Of a stretch of 64,000 nucleotides of DNA, positions 1 to 7,987 are shown in pieces. The notes beneath the pieces were generated by a model. It saw nothing but the letters and a program-made list of their open reading frames with translations. It had not been told where the DNA came from and did no database searches. Each line of letters opens with the position of its first letter. The first letter of the stretch is position 1. Source of the stretch: Myxococcota bacterium (GTDB lineage: Bacteria; Myxococcota_A; Polyangia; Polyangiales; Houyiibacteriaceae); the NCBI GenBank assembly GCA_039030515.1, contig JBCCEA010000001.1, positions 64,001 through 128,000 on the forward strand, read 5' to 3'. The position numbers were made by a program, and so were the translations under genes.

Positions 1-169
1 TCAAAGGAATTGAGAAGAGGAATGCCGGCACCAAGCATAGAAGCAGCCGCTGAACTGCAGCGCCCATCGCACATCCCGGGCGCAGGACTGACTGGAGCTG
101 GACTGACTGAAGGTGAAAGCTCCGATCAACCAAGGTATCTCCCGCTCGGTGCGCATCGCTCGCTTGCAC
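1..169 (-). CDS. Partial ORF running off the window edge, probably the N-terminus of FliP
   Basis: Frame is open from GTG at 169 (or ATG at 67) to the edge and reads ...MGAAVQRLLLCLVPAFLFSIPL, which is signal-peptide-like. It follows fliO in the canonical fliLMNOP order. Confidence 0.4.
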   Translation of the reverse strand, partial: MQASDAHRAGDTLVDRSFHLQSVQLQSVLRPGCAMGAAVQRLLLCLVPAFLFSIPL

Positions 170-170
170 T

Positions 171-1304
171 CTATTTTCCAGCGGCTCTTCTGAGCTTGAT
201 AAGACCCGCAACCGCTTCGGAATGAATACTTTGCTTCCTTTGCGCTTCAGCGAGCTTCATCAGTTTTGTGCCGAAGTTTGGATCGCTGTCGGATTCCTGC
301 TCTGAGACGCGAGCTTTCGGCACGTCGTTTTGGGCCCGGATACCTTTGGCGACCCCTTTGCGGAGTTTAGAGAGCAGATTGTGGGTAGGTAGCTCGATGG
401 GTATGTCGTCGATATCTACCGACACCGAACTTCCGGGGTTTTTTCTGCTGGGATCTTTGTTGTGAGACTGATGTGCTTCACCAGGACCCGCCGGAAGTGA
501 GCTGAGCCGTGTCGTCGCGTTGCCCTGGATAGATAAAAGGTGGTCTTCGCCGAGAGCACGCACGAGAACCAGCTGATGTTTCGTGCCCAGCCTTCGCGAA
601 GCGAGCAACTCGATCTCCGGACGTTCCAAGATAAGCGGATTGGACTTCTGCAGATAGCGCATCACCAAATAACCTATTCCAAGTAGTGCAGTGATGAGCA
701 GAAGCAGCCCTATGTTCAGGCTCGTTCCGGAGGCGGTCGATGTGAGGTCTCTGCCGGATTGCACAGCAGGTGCGGGTGCCTCTGACGGAGACCGGTCTGT
801 ACTGTCGACAGGATTGGAGTTCGCACCGGAAGGTTGCTGTGACGGCGCAGTAGGTTCTGCCCGAAGTATCGGGGTTTGGGTTGCTTCCGAAGCGTCGCGA
901 CGTGGCGCTTCGGAAGAGGGCACTTCGACTCGTGCCGCAAATGGCAGGCGTATTTTCGCTCCCGCAGACCCGAGTTCGACGCGTATTTCCTCGACCGGGA
1001 CTTTGAGGCCTGGTTTCAGCTGGAGGACCACAACGGTAGAACCCTGCATTCCCGGTCGCAATCGGATGCTTCGTATATGTTCGCCGTCGCCAGGCCGATC
1101 TAAGTGCACATCCAACATATTCGGAAACCAGAGTCGAATCTGTCCTTCTCGAGTTCGGATACGCGGGGATGCGAGCGGCGTATTTGAGGTCAATAAGATA
1201 TCTGTGTAGTCAGAGCCGGAGAAGATGTTTGCGTCGGTGAAGGACTGTGCGGCAACCGTGCTGGGGATCAAGAGTACGATGAGCCAAAGCGAGACCAGTC
1301 TCAT
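171..1304 (-). CDS. fliO: FliO-like flagellar export chaperone with a large N-terminal periplasmic (AMIN-like) domain
   Basis: Signal peptide, about 110 aa beta-rich domain, P/S linker, TM helix, then the FliO-type motif IELLASRRLGTKHQLVLVRALGEDHLL. Its start overlaps the fliN stop. Confidence 0.75.
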   Translation of the reverse strand: MRLVSLWLIVLLIPSTVAAQSFTDANIFSGSDYTDILLTSNTPLASPRIRTREGQIRLWFPNMLDVHLDRPGDGEHIRSIRLRPGMQGSTVVVLQLKPGLKVPVEEIRVELGSAGAKIRLPFAARVEVPSSEAPRRDASEATQTPILRAEPTAPSQQPSGANSNPVDSTDRSPSEAPAPAVQSGRDLTSTASGTSLNIGLLLLITALLGIGYLVMRYLQKSNPLILERPEIELLASRRLGTKHQLVLVRALGEDHLLSIQGNATTRLSSLPAGPGEAHQSHNKDPSRKNPGSSVSVDIDDIPIELPTHNLLSKLRKGVAKGIRAQNDVPKARVSEQESDSDPNFGTKLMKLAEAQRKQSIHSEAVAGLIKLRRAAGK

Positions 1305-1621
1305 CCTCCACCCCCGAGACGTCGCACTCTCTCGTGAGGTGATACGATGTCTGTGACGCGAACGCCGTAGCGGTCTCCGACAACGATCGCCTCTCCCTGC
1401 GCGATCAGCGTCTGATTGGCGTAGATGGAGAGCGGCGTTCCTGAGGGGGCGTCGAGTTCTACTACGGCTCCAGAGCCGACATCGAGAAGCTCGCTGATGC
1501 GCATTCGCTTACGTCCAAGTTCTACCCTTATCGTGAGAGGGATATCGAGAATGCGATCTAAATCCCGAGGTGAGTGACTTTGGACACTGCTCGAATCAAC
1601 TTTTTCTTCTTCGGATTCCAT
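1301..1621 (-). CDS. fliN: Flagellar motor switch protein FliN
   Basis: SpoA domain LDRILDIPLTIRVELGR...GSGAVVELD...IAQGEAIVVGDRYGVRVTDI; GGAG upstream of the start. Confidence 0.95.
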   Translation of the reverse strand: MESEEEKVDSSSVQSHSPRDLDRILDIPLTIRVELGRKRMRISELLDVGSGAVVELDAPSGTPLSIYANQTLIAQGEAIVVGDRYGVRVTDIVSPHERVRRLGGGG

Positions 1622-1698
1622 CGCTTACTCCAGGTTTCGGACGATCGCCAGGGGTTCAGCCCCTAGCCAGACTGCGTTTGCTACAGGTATTCTCAGTT

Positions 1699-2679
1699 TC
1701 AATGCATCTTTGAGGTGTGGACCGCGGTGACCGCAACCGCGAGGTTTCCATGATGGATACACGGGTCTCCGTAGAGCACCGCAATGCCCTCGCTGCAGAT
1801 GGGAGTCGGCTGGCTCGGTACTGAATCGAGTCGAACGATGTCTCCTTTGCGTAGACCGAGAACGTTGCGAATGTCCGATCGAACCTCACCCAGTACCGCG
1901 ACGAGACTGAGGTCGGTGCCGTGAAGGTTTTCCGCCATGCGATAGCGCTCCTCAATCGACGGGAGGTTGACGGTCGTGTCCTCCTGTTTTGGCATCGTGG
2001 AAAGGGTGGCTTCTGGAGAGAGAACAACGATGAGGTCGTCGGCGGGTGCGCCCAGAGGGGTGACCCGCACCGCAAAGCGTAAAAGAGACTCGTACGTATC
2101 GATTTCCGGCAGCTCGCTCCGTTCGAGCAACTCTCCAAACTCGAAATCGTTGCGGTCCTCACACCAGCTTTCCCCAAAGAGTTTTGAAATGTCGCTCGTG
2201 ATCGGGCGCATCACGCGCTTGTCTACTGGGCTCAGGGTCTTGCGGGCATCGGATGGCCCCGCTGCAGCCTCGGTAGTGTCGAGGCGCAGCGGGGCGCCGA
2301 GTCGGCGATCAAGAAGGAATGAAACAAGATTCGGACCCAAGATAAGCAGACCTCGTGACCTGTCGGTTTGCGTAGTCAACGTGGCGATGGCGGCGCCAGG
2401 AGCTATTGCATCCCGCATGACACGATAAGGAATAATTTCTGCAGGCTGAGCTTCGACATTTGCCGAACATCCTGCGGTTCGAAGCACCAACCTACGTACT
2501 CTACCGGCGAGAAACTGCGTGGCCCGGTCTGCAGGTGAAAGCGCATCGCGAAGACGCGGCTCCTTACTCGTAAGGTCGAGACTCTCCACCTGTTCCTCAG
2601 GTCCGGTCTGTCGCATCACGTCGAGTAGGGCGTCGGTCTCCTCTCCAGTCAGTATTGGTTCGTCGGAGTCAAAGTTCAT
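1699..2679 (-). CDS. fliM: Flagellar motor switch protein FliM
   Basis: N-terminal CheY-binding-like motif ILTGEETDALL, CheC-like middle domain, C-terminal SpoA domain (LRKGDIVRLD); lies between fliL and fliN. Confidence 0.88.
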   Translation of the reverse strand: MNFDSDEPILTGEETDALLDVMRQTGPEEQVESLDLTSKEPRLRDALSPADRATQFLAGRVRRLVLRTAGCSANVEAQPAEIIPYRVMRDAIAPGAAIATLTTQTDRSRGLLILGPNLVSFLLDRRLGAPLRLDTTEAAAGPSDARKTLSPVDKRVMRPITSDISKLFGESWCEDRNDFEFGELLERSELPEIDTYESLLRFAVRVTPLGAPADDLIVVLSPEATLSTMPKQEDTTVNLPSIEERYRMAENLHGTDLSLVAVLGEVRSDIRNVLGLRKGDIVRLDSVPSQPTPICSEGIAVLYGDPCIHHGNLAVAVTAVHTSKMH

Positions 2680-3179
2680 TGAACGACAAACTCCGTAAAG
2701 TAGGCATCGACAACGTGAGTGCCGCCCAGAACGTCATTGACTGCATCCACGAGTTCACGACGGATGCGCTCCTTATTCTCGCTACCGTCCGTTTGAGGGG
2801 CAGATACCTCAGAAAAGTAGATCAGCATTTGACTTCGAATCGGAGGGATTGCGCGCTCGACGATCGGTTGGTCTTCGTCAGCTCGTGCTTCGAGGTGAAC
2901 GGTCACCTTGATGTATCTGGGAGCGCCGGGACTGTTTAGGTTGGCGATGAGCGGCATCAGCTCGATCAGTGGGCCAAACTCGCGTGCGCGTGGTTCCGGT
3001 GGGGGAGCCTCTTTCTCTTCTGGTGCGGGAGCGGCCGCGGCAGGTTGACCACCTCCGAGCAGCAAGTAGGCGCCGAGCCCGGCTATGAGCAGCAGGTTGA
3101 ACAGCATGAGAATCAGCATCAGCCGATTTTTTCCCCCGCCATCGACTTTCGTGACTTCGCCTTCGGTGTCGTCCGCCAT
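2676..3179 (-). CDS. fliL: Flagellar basal body-associated protein FliL
   Basis: N-terminal TM helix, ANLNS...RYIKV, C-terminal YFTEFVVQ typical of FliL. Confidence 0.93.
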   Translation of the reverse strand: MADDTEGEVTKVDGGGKNRLMLILMLFNLLLIAGLGAYLLLGGGQPAAAAPAPEEKEAPPPEPRAREFGPLIELMPLIANLNSPGAPRYIKVTVHLEARADEDQPIVERAIPPIRSQMLIYFSEVSAPQTDGSENKERIRRELVDAVNDVLGGTHVVDAYFTEFVVQ

Positions 3180-3193
3180 CGCGAAAGTAAAGG

Positions 3194-3209
3194 AGCACGG
3201 CGTGTGCCA
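3194..3209 (-). promoter_or_regulatory. Sigma54 (-24/-12) promoter of the fliL operon
   Basis: Minus strand TGGCACACGCCGTGCT has exact GG-N10-GC spacing, 14 nt upstream of the fliL ATG. Confidence 0.75.
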
Positions 3210-3510
3210 GAACCTAAGTGCCCGAAGATATGCACTTCAACGAGAGACTTCGCCAGAGAACCAACGCCCAAGCAGATTTGACGCCGATCGTTTGACACCC
3301 ACACCGGCAGGTAAATGTTCGGCTCTTCAAATTCGAAGCCTGCGAGGAGTTCGGCTACGGAAGCGATTCAAGGCAGTGAAGTTTTTCCTTTACCGAGAAG
3401 AACATCACCCTCACTCGGGGCTAGGCGAGGAATTGTTTCCTCCCGCATGCATCTTAGGCGCGATATCTTTAGATAAATCCCGTGGCCTGATACGTGCTAA
3501 CGCTCAACCC

Positions 3511-3903
3511 ATGGTTCTCACAGTGCTGACGGCATCTCTGTTTTTGAGCCTGCTCGTGATCGCACTATGGATACATGAGGACAGGCTTCGAGCGCGCCGA
3601 ATGAACGTGCTGCCTGGGTCCCAGTCTCAGCGAGCCCAGGTGGCCACATTGCGCAGTGGTGAAGTCGCCGCCGCGGAGCGAATCGTACGAAGGAATCTAC
3701 GTCAGGTAGAGACGGTTCGATCCAATCTGGAAATGGACGTTTCAAGAGAGCTGACTCCAAAGCGTTCGGGTGCGCATGCTCGCTTGGGTGTGTATGCTTC
3801 GGAGAAGAGGCATTTCGACAAGGCTTGTGAACGCATTGTCGACGTCGAGTGGACTGTTGTCGAAGTTCCATCGGCGAGTCATCTGACCGTTCGAGGTGTC
3901 TAG
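3511..3903 (+). CDS. Hypothetical protein with an N-terminal TM helix
   Basis: In-frame ATG at 3511 gives MVLTVLTASLFLSLLVIALW; the stop abuts that of the convergent regulator. Confidence 0.5.
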   Translation: MVLTVLTASLFLSLLVIALWIHEDRLRARRMNVLPGSQSQRAQVATLRSGEVAAAERIVRRNLRQVETVRSNLEMDVSRELTPKRSGAHARLGVYASEKRHFDKACERIVDVEWTVVEVPSASHLTVRGV

Positions 3904-5478
3904 CTAGCGCTCCGAGGATGCGCGCGCAGATCCCGCGAGACCGAGTCGTCGCCGCATTTTCGCAAGCCGACTTCGTTCCATTCCCAAACGCTGAGCGGCC
4001 CGACGGATCACGCCTTCCTCATGGCACATCGCGTGTTGGATCAGCGCGGTCGCGAGCGTACGGATCGCCTCGTCGTAGTGCACACCGTAGCGGATAAATA
4101 CGCCCGTTGATGGTTCTCGATTCGGCGTTTGGGAACGAGGATCGAGATCCACAATTCGAGGAGAAAGGAGGTTCAACTGGTCGATTTCCGATCCGCTCGA
4201 TAGGACGACGAGTCGCTCTATCTCGTTGGCTAACTCTCGTACGTTGCCCGGCCAGTCGTAGCGCTCGAGTGCGCCCAGCACTTCGGCAGACAAGCGGAGC
4301 GGCGGAGTCGAGTACTTTGCGGTGTAGAGGTCCAGAAAGTGTTTTGCAAGCAGGGAGATGTCGCCTTCCCGATTTCGCAACGGAGGAAGTTCGATACCGA
4401 CAACGACGAGCCTGAAATAGAGATCCTCTCGAAATCGCCCTGCCCGTACTTCCTGTCGTAAGTCTTTATGCGTTGCCGAGATGAGACGTACATCGACCTG
4501 CTCCGGGCGGCTGGAACCGATGGGCGTGATCTCTCCCTCTTGCAGAACGCGTAGAAGCATCGATTGAGTCGAAAGAGAAAGTTCGGCCACCTCGTCCAAG
4601 AACAGGGTTCCGCCGTCGGCCTCATGAAAGAGACCCGGCTGATCGCGAGTTGCACCCGTAAACGCGCCTTTTCGATGACCGAACAGCGTACTCTGCAATA
4701 GGGACTCGGTGAGGCCTCCGCAGTTTTGCGCGATGAACGGAGATCGACTGCGGGGACCACCTGTATGCAGCGCTTTGGCCACCAGTTCTTTGCCGGTTCC
4801 GGTCTCGCCAGAGATGTAGACGGTGACGTCGGTTCGGCGTACGCGCTCCAGAGCCAGCAGCGCTTTACGAAGCGCCGGACTCGATCCAACAATCGATTCA
4901 AACCCAGCTGCCCTGCGCAGCGTTTCGTTTTCGCGTGCGAGCTTTTTGTTTTGCGCCTCCAGGGTGGCCTCTCGATCGGTCCGCTGGACCTCAAGGCTGT
5001 AGCTTTGTGAACACTGATAGATCGCGCTGCGAAGCTCCTCAGGGCTGAATGGTTTGGCTACAAAACGGCTAATTTCGCAAGCATTGACGAATTGTTTGAG
5101 CACTTCTACGTCCGCGTAGCCCGACATGAGAATCCGCTCTGTGCACGCGGAGGGGTATCGTTTTGCGATTTCGGTGAGCAGTTCAAGGCCACTCATCTGC
5201 GGCATATTTTGATCGGTCACTAGTACCGCTGGCTCCACCTCCTCAAAGGCCTCGAGGGCTTCCCGTCCCGAGGAACAGAGGACGATGTCGAAGATTCCCC
5301 CGAGGGACCTTTGGGTGGCTCGAAGAAATGGCTCTTCATCATCGACCAAGATGACGCGATGCTTGTGCGTTTGAAGTGTGCCGTCACCCTCGGAGTTTTG
5401 AATATGGGAATGCCGGCGACTTCTCAGGGTAGGTTCGCCCGTCGAACCCAGGGCACCCAGGTGTTCATGACACTCCAT
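3904..5478 (-). CDS. Sigma54-dependent response regulator (REC-AAA+-HTH, NtrC family)
   Basis: REC (LVDDE, TDQNMP, AKPF), Walker A GETGTGKE, GAFTGA loop, LFLDEV, WPGNVREL, C-terminal Fis-type HTH. Start uncertain. Confidence 0.95.
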   Translation of the reverse strand: MECHEHLGALGSTGEPTLRSRRHSHIQNSEGDGTLQTHKHRVILVDDEEPFLRATQRSLGGIFDIVLCSSGREALEAFEEVEPAVLVTDQNMPQMSGLELLTEIAKRYPSACTERILMSGYADVEVLKQFVNACEISRFVAKPFSPEELRSAIYQCSQSYSLEVQRTDREATLEAQNKKLARENETLRRAAGFESIVGSSPALRKALLALERVRRTDVTVYISGETGTGKELVAKALHTGGPRSRSPFIAQNCGGLTESLLQSTLFGHRKGAFTGATRDQPGLFHEADGGTLFLDEVAELSLSTQSMLLRVLQEGEITPIGSSRPEQVDVRLISATHKDLRQEVRAGRFREDLYFRLVVVGIELPPLRNREGDISLLAKHFLDLYTAKYSTPPLRLSAEVLGALERYDWPGNVRELANEIERLVVLSSGSEIDQLNLLSPRIVDLDPRSQTPNREPSTGVFIRYGVHYDEAIRTLATALIQHAMCHEEGVIRRAAQRLGMERSRLAKMRRRLGLAGSARASSER

Positions 5479-5695
5479 CTTTAGGTCATCGGCTGCTGAG
5501 CGCCGGTTTTGAAGCCACCTGAGCTCAAAGGAGCTTGACGCGCTCTTTGGGTGCGGTGCTCCGGACCCTCCGCGAGGTTGATTTCAATATTGATACTGGC
5601 CACAAGGCGACGTCGACGCGCCAAGACCGAATCGAGAGTCACGCGGAGGATTCGAAATTGTAGTCGAGGTTCCGGCGAGGTACATCACATGTTCG

Positions 5696-7870
5696 ATGAG
5701 TCCATACGAACTGCTTTCGCTTGTCCGCTACCCAACCCTTGTTATCGTGCTTCAACTCGCCGTTGGCTGCGTCCGAGGCGATAGCGAATCGACTACCGCA
5801 ATCCGGAGAGAATCGATGCGTCCACCTGTGGCCAAACAAGTGCCTTACGAGCTTACGAGTCATGACCATACTCGAAGCGACCCTTACTACTGGATGCGGG
5901 ACGATGCCCGACGCGATCCGGAGGTGTTGGGCTACCTCGAGCAGGAGAATGCCTACGCCGAAGCGTTTTTTGAACCTCTCGATGCGTTCCGCTCCGCGCT
6001 CTACGAGGAGATCGTGGCCCGAATCCCGAAAGACGATGCTTCAGTCCCCCATCGGTTGGATGGCTACTACTATTACGATCGCGTTGAGGATGGAGACGAG
6101 TATCGTCGCTACTGCCGTCGCCGAGGATCGATGGATGCGCCGGAAGAGGTTTTTTTCGACGCCAATCGAGAGGCCGAAGGCCACGACTACTACTCTGCCG
6201 TCGGTCTCACCGTCAGCGTGGACGGCAATACGCTAGGCTACGGCGAAGATACGCTGAGTCGTAGGATCTACACGCTTCGTTTTCGTGATTTGGTCTCAGG
6301 TCGTCCGCTCGATGATGTGATCGAAGGAACGACCGGGCAGCTCGTATTCGCACTCGATAATCGCACCGTCTTTTACGTAAAAAGAGATCCGGGCACCCTT
6401 CGCGCCTACCAGGTGTACCGCCATCACCTCGGCACGAATCCCGAGGCAGACGAGCTCGTTTTTCACGAAGAGGATGAGGAGTTCTACCTGTCTATCCGCA
6501 GAAGTCGGAGTCGCGAATACATCTTGATCGCAAGTCGCCAAACGCTTTCCCACGAATACCTGACGATCGATGCGCAGCGTCCAGACTCTGCCCCGGTAGT
6601 GGTGCTACCGAGGGAACGCGGTCACGAGTACGATCTCGATCATGCACGCGGACGTTTTTTCATTAGGACGAACTGGCAAGCGCGGGATTTTCGTTTGATG
6701 TCCGTAGCTCCTGAGATGAGCCAAGATAAGTCTGCTTGGAGGGACGAAGTACCTGCGGAAGAGGGTGTGTTTCTAAGGGATTTTGAACTGTTTGCGGGTC
6801 ATCTCGCGGTGTCCCAGCGTCGACGAGGTCGTACCGAGCTCCAGGTGATTCCCTGGACCGATCGAGAAAAGGCCCATCAGCTTGAGTTCGATGAACAATC
6901 CTACGTAGTGCAGTTTGACCGCAACTCCGAGTTTGACAGTGCAACCTTGCGTTTTGCTTATCAGTCGATGACCACTCCACGTTCGGTATTCGACTTTGAT
7001 ATGGAACACAAAACACGCATTTTGAGAAAGCAATCGAATATAGAAGGTGATTTCTCTCCCGAACACTATTCAAGTGCATCTCTTACGATTACCGCTCGAG
7101 ATGGAGCTGAAGTTCCCGTGTCCCTGGTGTTCCGCGCAGACTTGGATCGTTCAAAGCCGCAACCGTTGCTGCTTTATGGCTATGGTTCTTATGGATACTC
7201 GATGGATCCAACGTTTTCCTCCCCAAGACTCAGTCTGCTCGATCGCGGAGTCATCTTTGCCATCGCCCACGTTCGCGGTGGGCAGGAGCTTGGAAGAGCT
7301 TGGTACGAAGACGGCAAACTGCTCCAGAAACGAAATACCTTCACCGACTTTATCGACGTTGCTGAAGGTCTCATACGCGCAGGTTGGACTGAGACCGAGA
7401 AACTCTTCGCCCAGGGAGGAAGCGCAGGTGGCTTGCTGGTTGGGGCGGTTGCCAATATGCGTCCCGATCTTTTTGCGGGTATTGTGGCCAATGTCCCTTT
7501 TGTCGACGTGGTGACGACCATGCTTGACGAGTCGATACCGCTGACGACTTTTGAATACGATGAATGGGGTAACCCGGGTCAGCGAGAGTATTACGAATAC
7601 ATGCTGTCCTATTCTCCGTACGACAATGTCTCGGAGCAGGACTACCCCGCGATGCTGGTGATCACTGGGCTGCACGACAGCCAAGTTCAGTATTGGGAGC
7701 CAGCGAAATGGGTGGCGCGACTACGCGCTCGAGGCGTCGGTCGGCAACCGATCGTATTTTCAGTCAATATGGATGCGGGTCACGGTGGAGCATCAGGGCG
7801 CTATCGTAGACATCGCGAGACGGCCATGGCGCAGACCTTCATATTGAGTCAGCTGAACAGAGTTGACTGA
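5696..7870 (+). CDS. ptrB: Oligopeptidase B (S9A), with a possible lipoprotein signal
   Basis: DPYYWMRD, catalytic GGSAGG / DSQV / GHGG, EYDEWGNP; N-terminal LVIVLQLAVGC. Confidence 0.93.
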   Translation: MSPYELLSLVRYPTLVIVLQLAVGCVRGDSESTTAIRRESMRPPVAKQVPYELTSHDHTRSDPYYWMRDDARRDPEVLGYLEQENAYAEAFFEPLDAFRSALYEEIVARIPKDDASVPHRLDGYYYYDRVEDGDEYRRYCRRRGSMDAPEEVFFDANREAEGHDYYSAVGLTVSVDGNTLGYGEDTLSRRIYTLRFRDLVSGRPLDDVIEGTTGQLVFALDNRTVFYVKRDPGTLRAYQVYRHHLGTNPEADELVFHEEDEEFYLSIRRSRSREYILIASRQTLSHEYLTIDAQRPDSAPVVVLPRERGHEYDLDHARGRFFIRTNWQARDFRLMSVAPEMSQDKSAWRDEVPAEEGVFLRDFELFAGHLAVSQRRRGRTELQVIPWTDREKAHQLEFDEQSYVVQFDRNSEFDSATLRFAYQSMTTPRSVFDFDMEHKTRILRKQSNIEGDFSPEHYSSASLTITARDGAEVPVSLVFRADLDRSKPQPLLLYGYGSYGYSMDPTFSSPRLSLLDRGVIFAIAHVRGGQELGRAWYEDGKLLQKRNTFTDFIDVAEGLIRAGWTETEKLFAQGGSAGGLLVGAVANMRPDLFAGIVANVPFVDVVTTMLDESIPLTTFEYDEWGNPGQREYYEYMLSYSPYDNVSEQDYPAMLVITGLHDSQVQYWEPAKWVARLRARGVGRQPIVFSVNMDAGHGGASGRYRRHRETAMAQTFILSQLNRVD

Positions 7871-7958
7871 TGCAGAGTAGTTCGATGCAGAGTTGACTGA
7901 TGCAGAGTAGTTCGATGCAGAGTTGACTGATGCAGAGTTGACTGATGCAGAGTAGTTC
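7858..7958. repeat. 15-bp tandem repeat with two variants (order A B A B A A B')
   Basis: A = CAGAGTTGACTGATG, B = CAGAGTAGTTCGATG; the first unit contains the ptrB stop. Confidence 0.95.
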
Positions 7959-7987
7959 AGCATAGATGCATCCGATATTGGATTGGC

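Noticed and set aside
3085..3510. 5' extension of the 272-aa plus-strand ORF
   Set aside because: It overlaps fliL and its promoter on the opposite strand. The ATG at 3511 gives a more plausible protein.
7858..7958. Possible CRISPR array
   Set aside because: The 15-bp units are contiguous with no unique spacers, and there are no cas genes.
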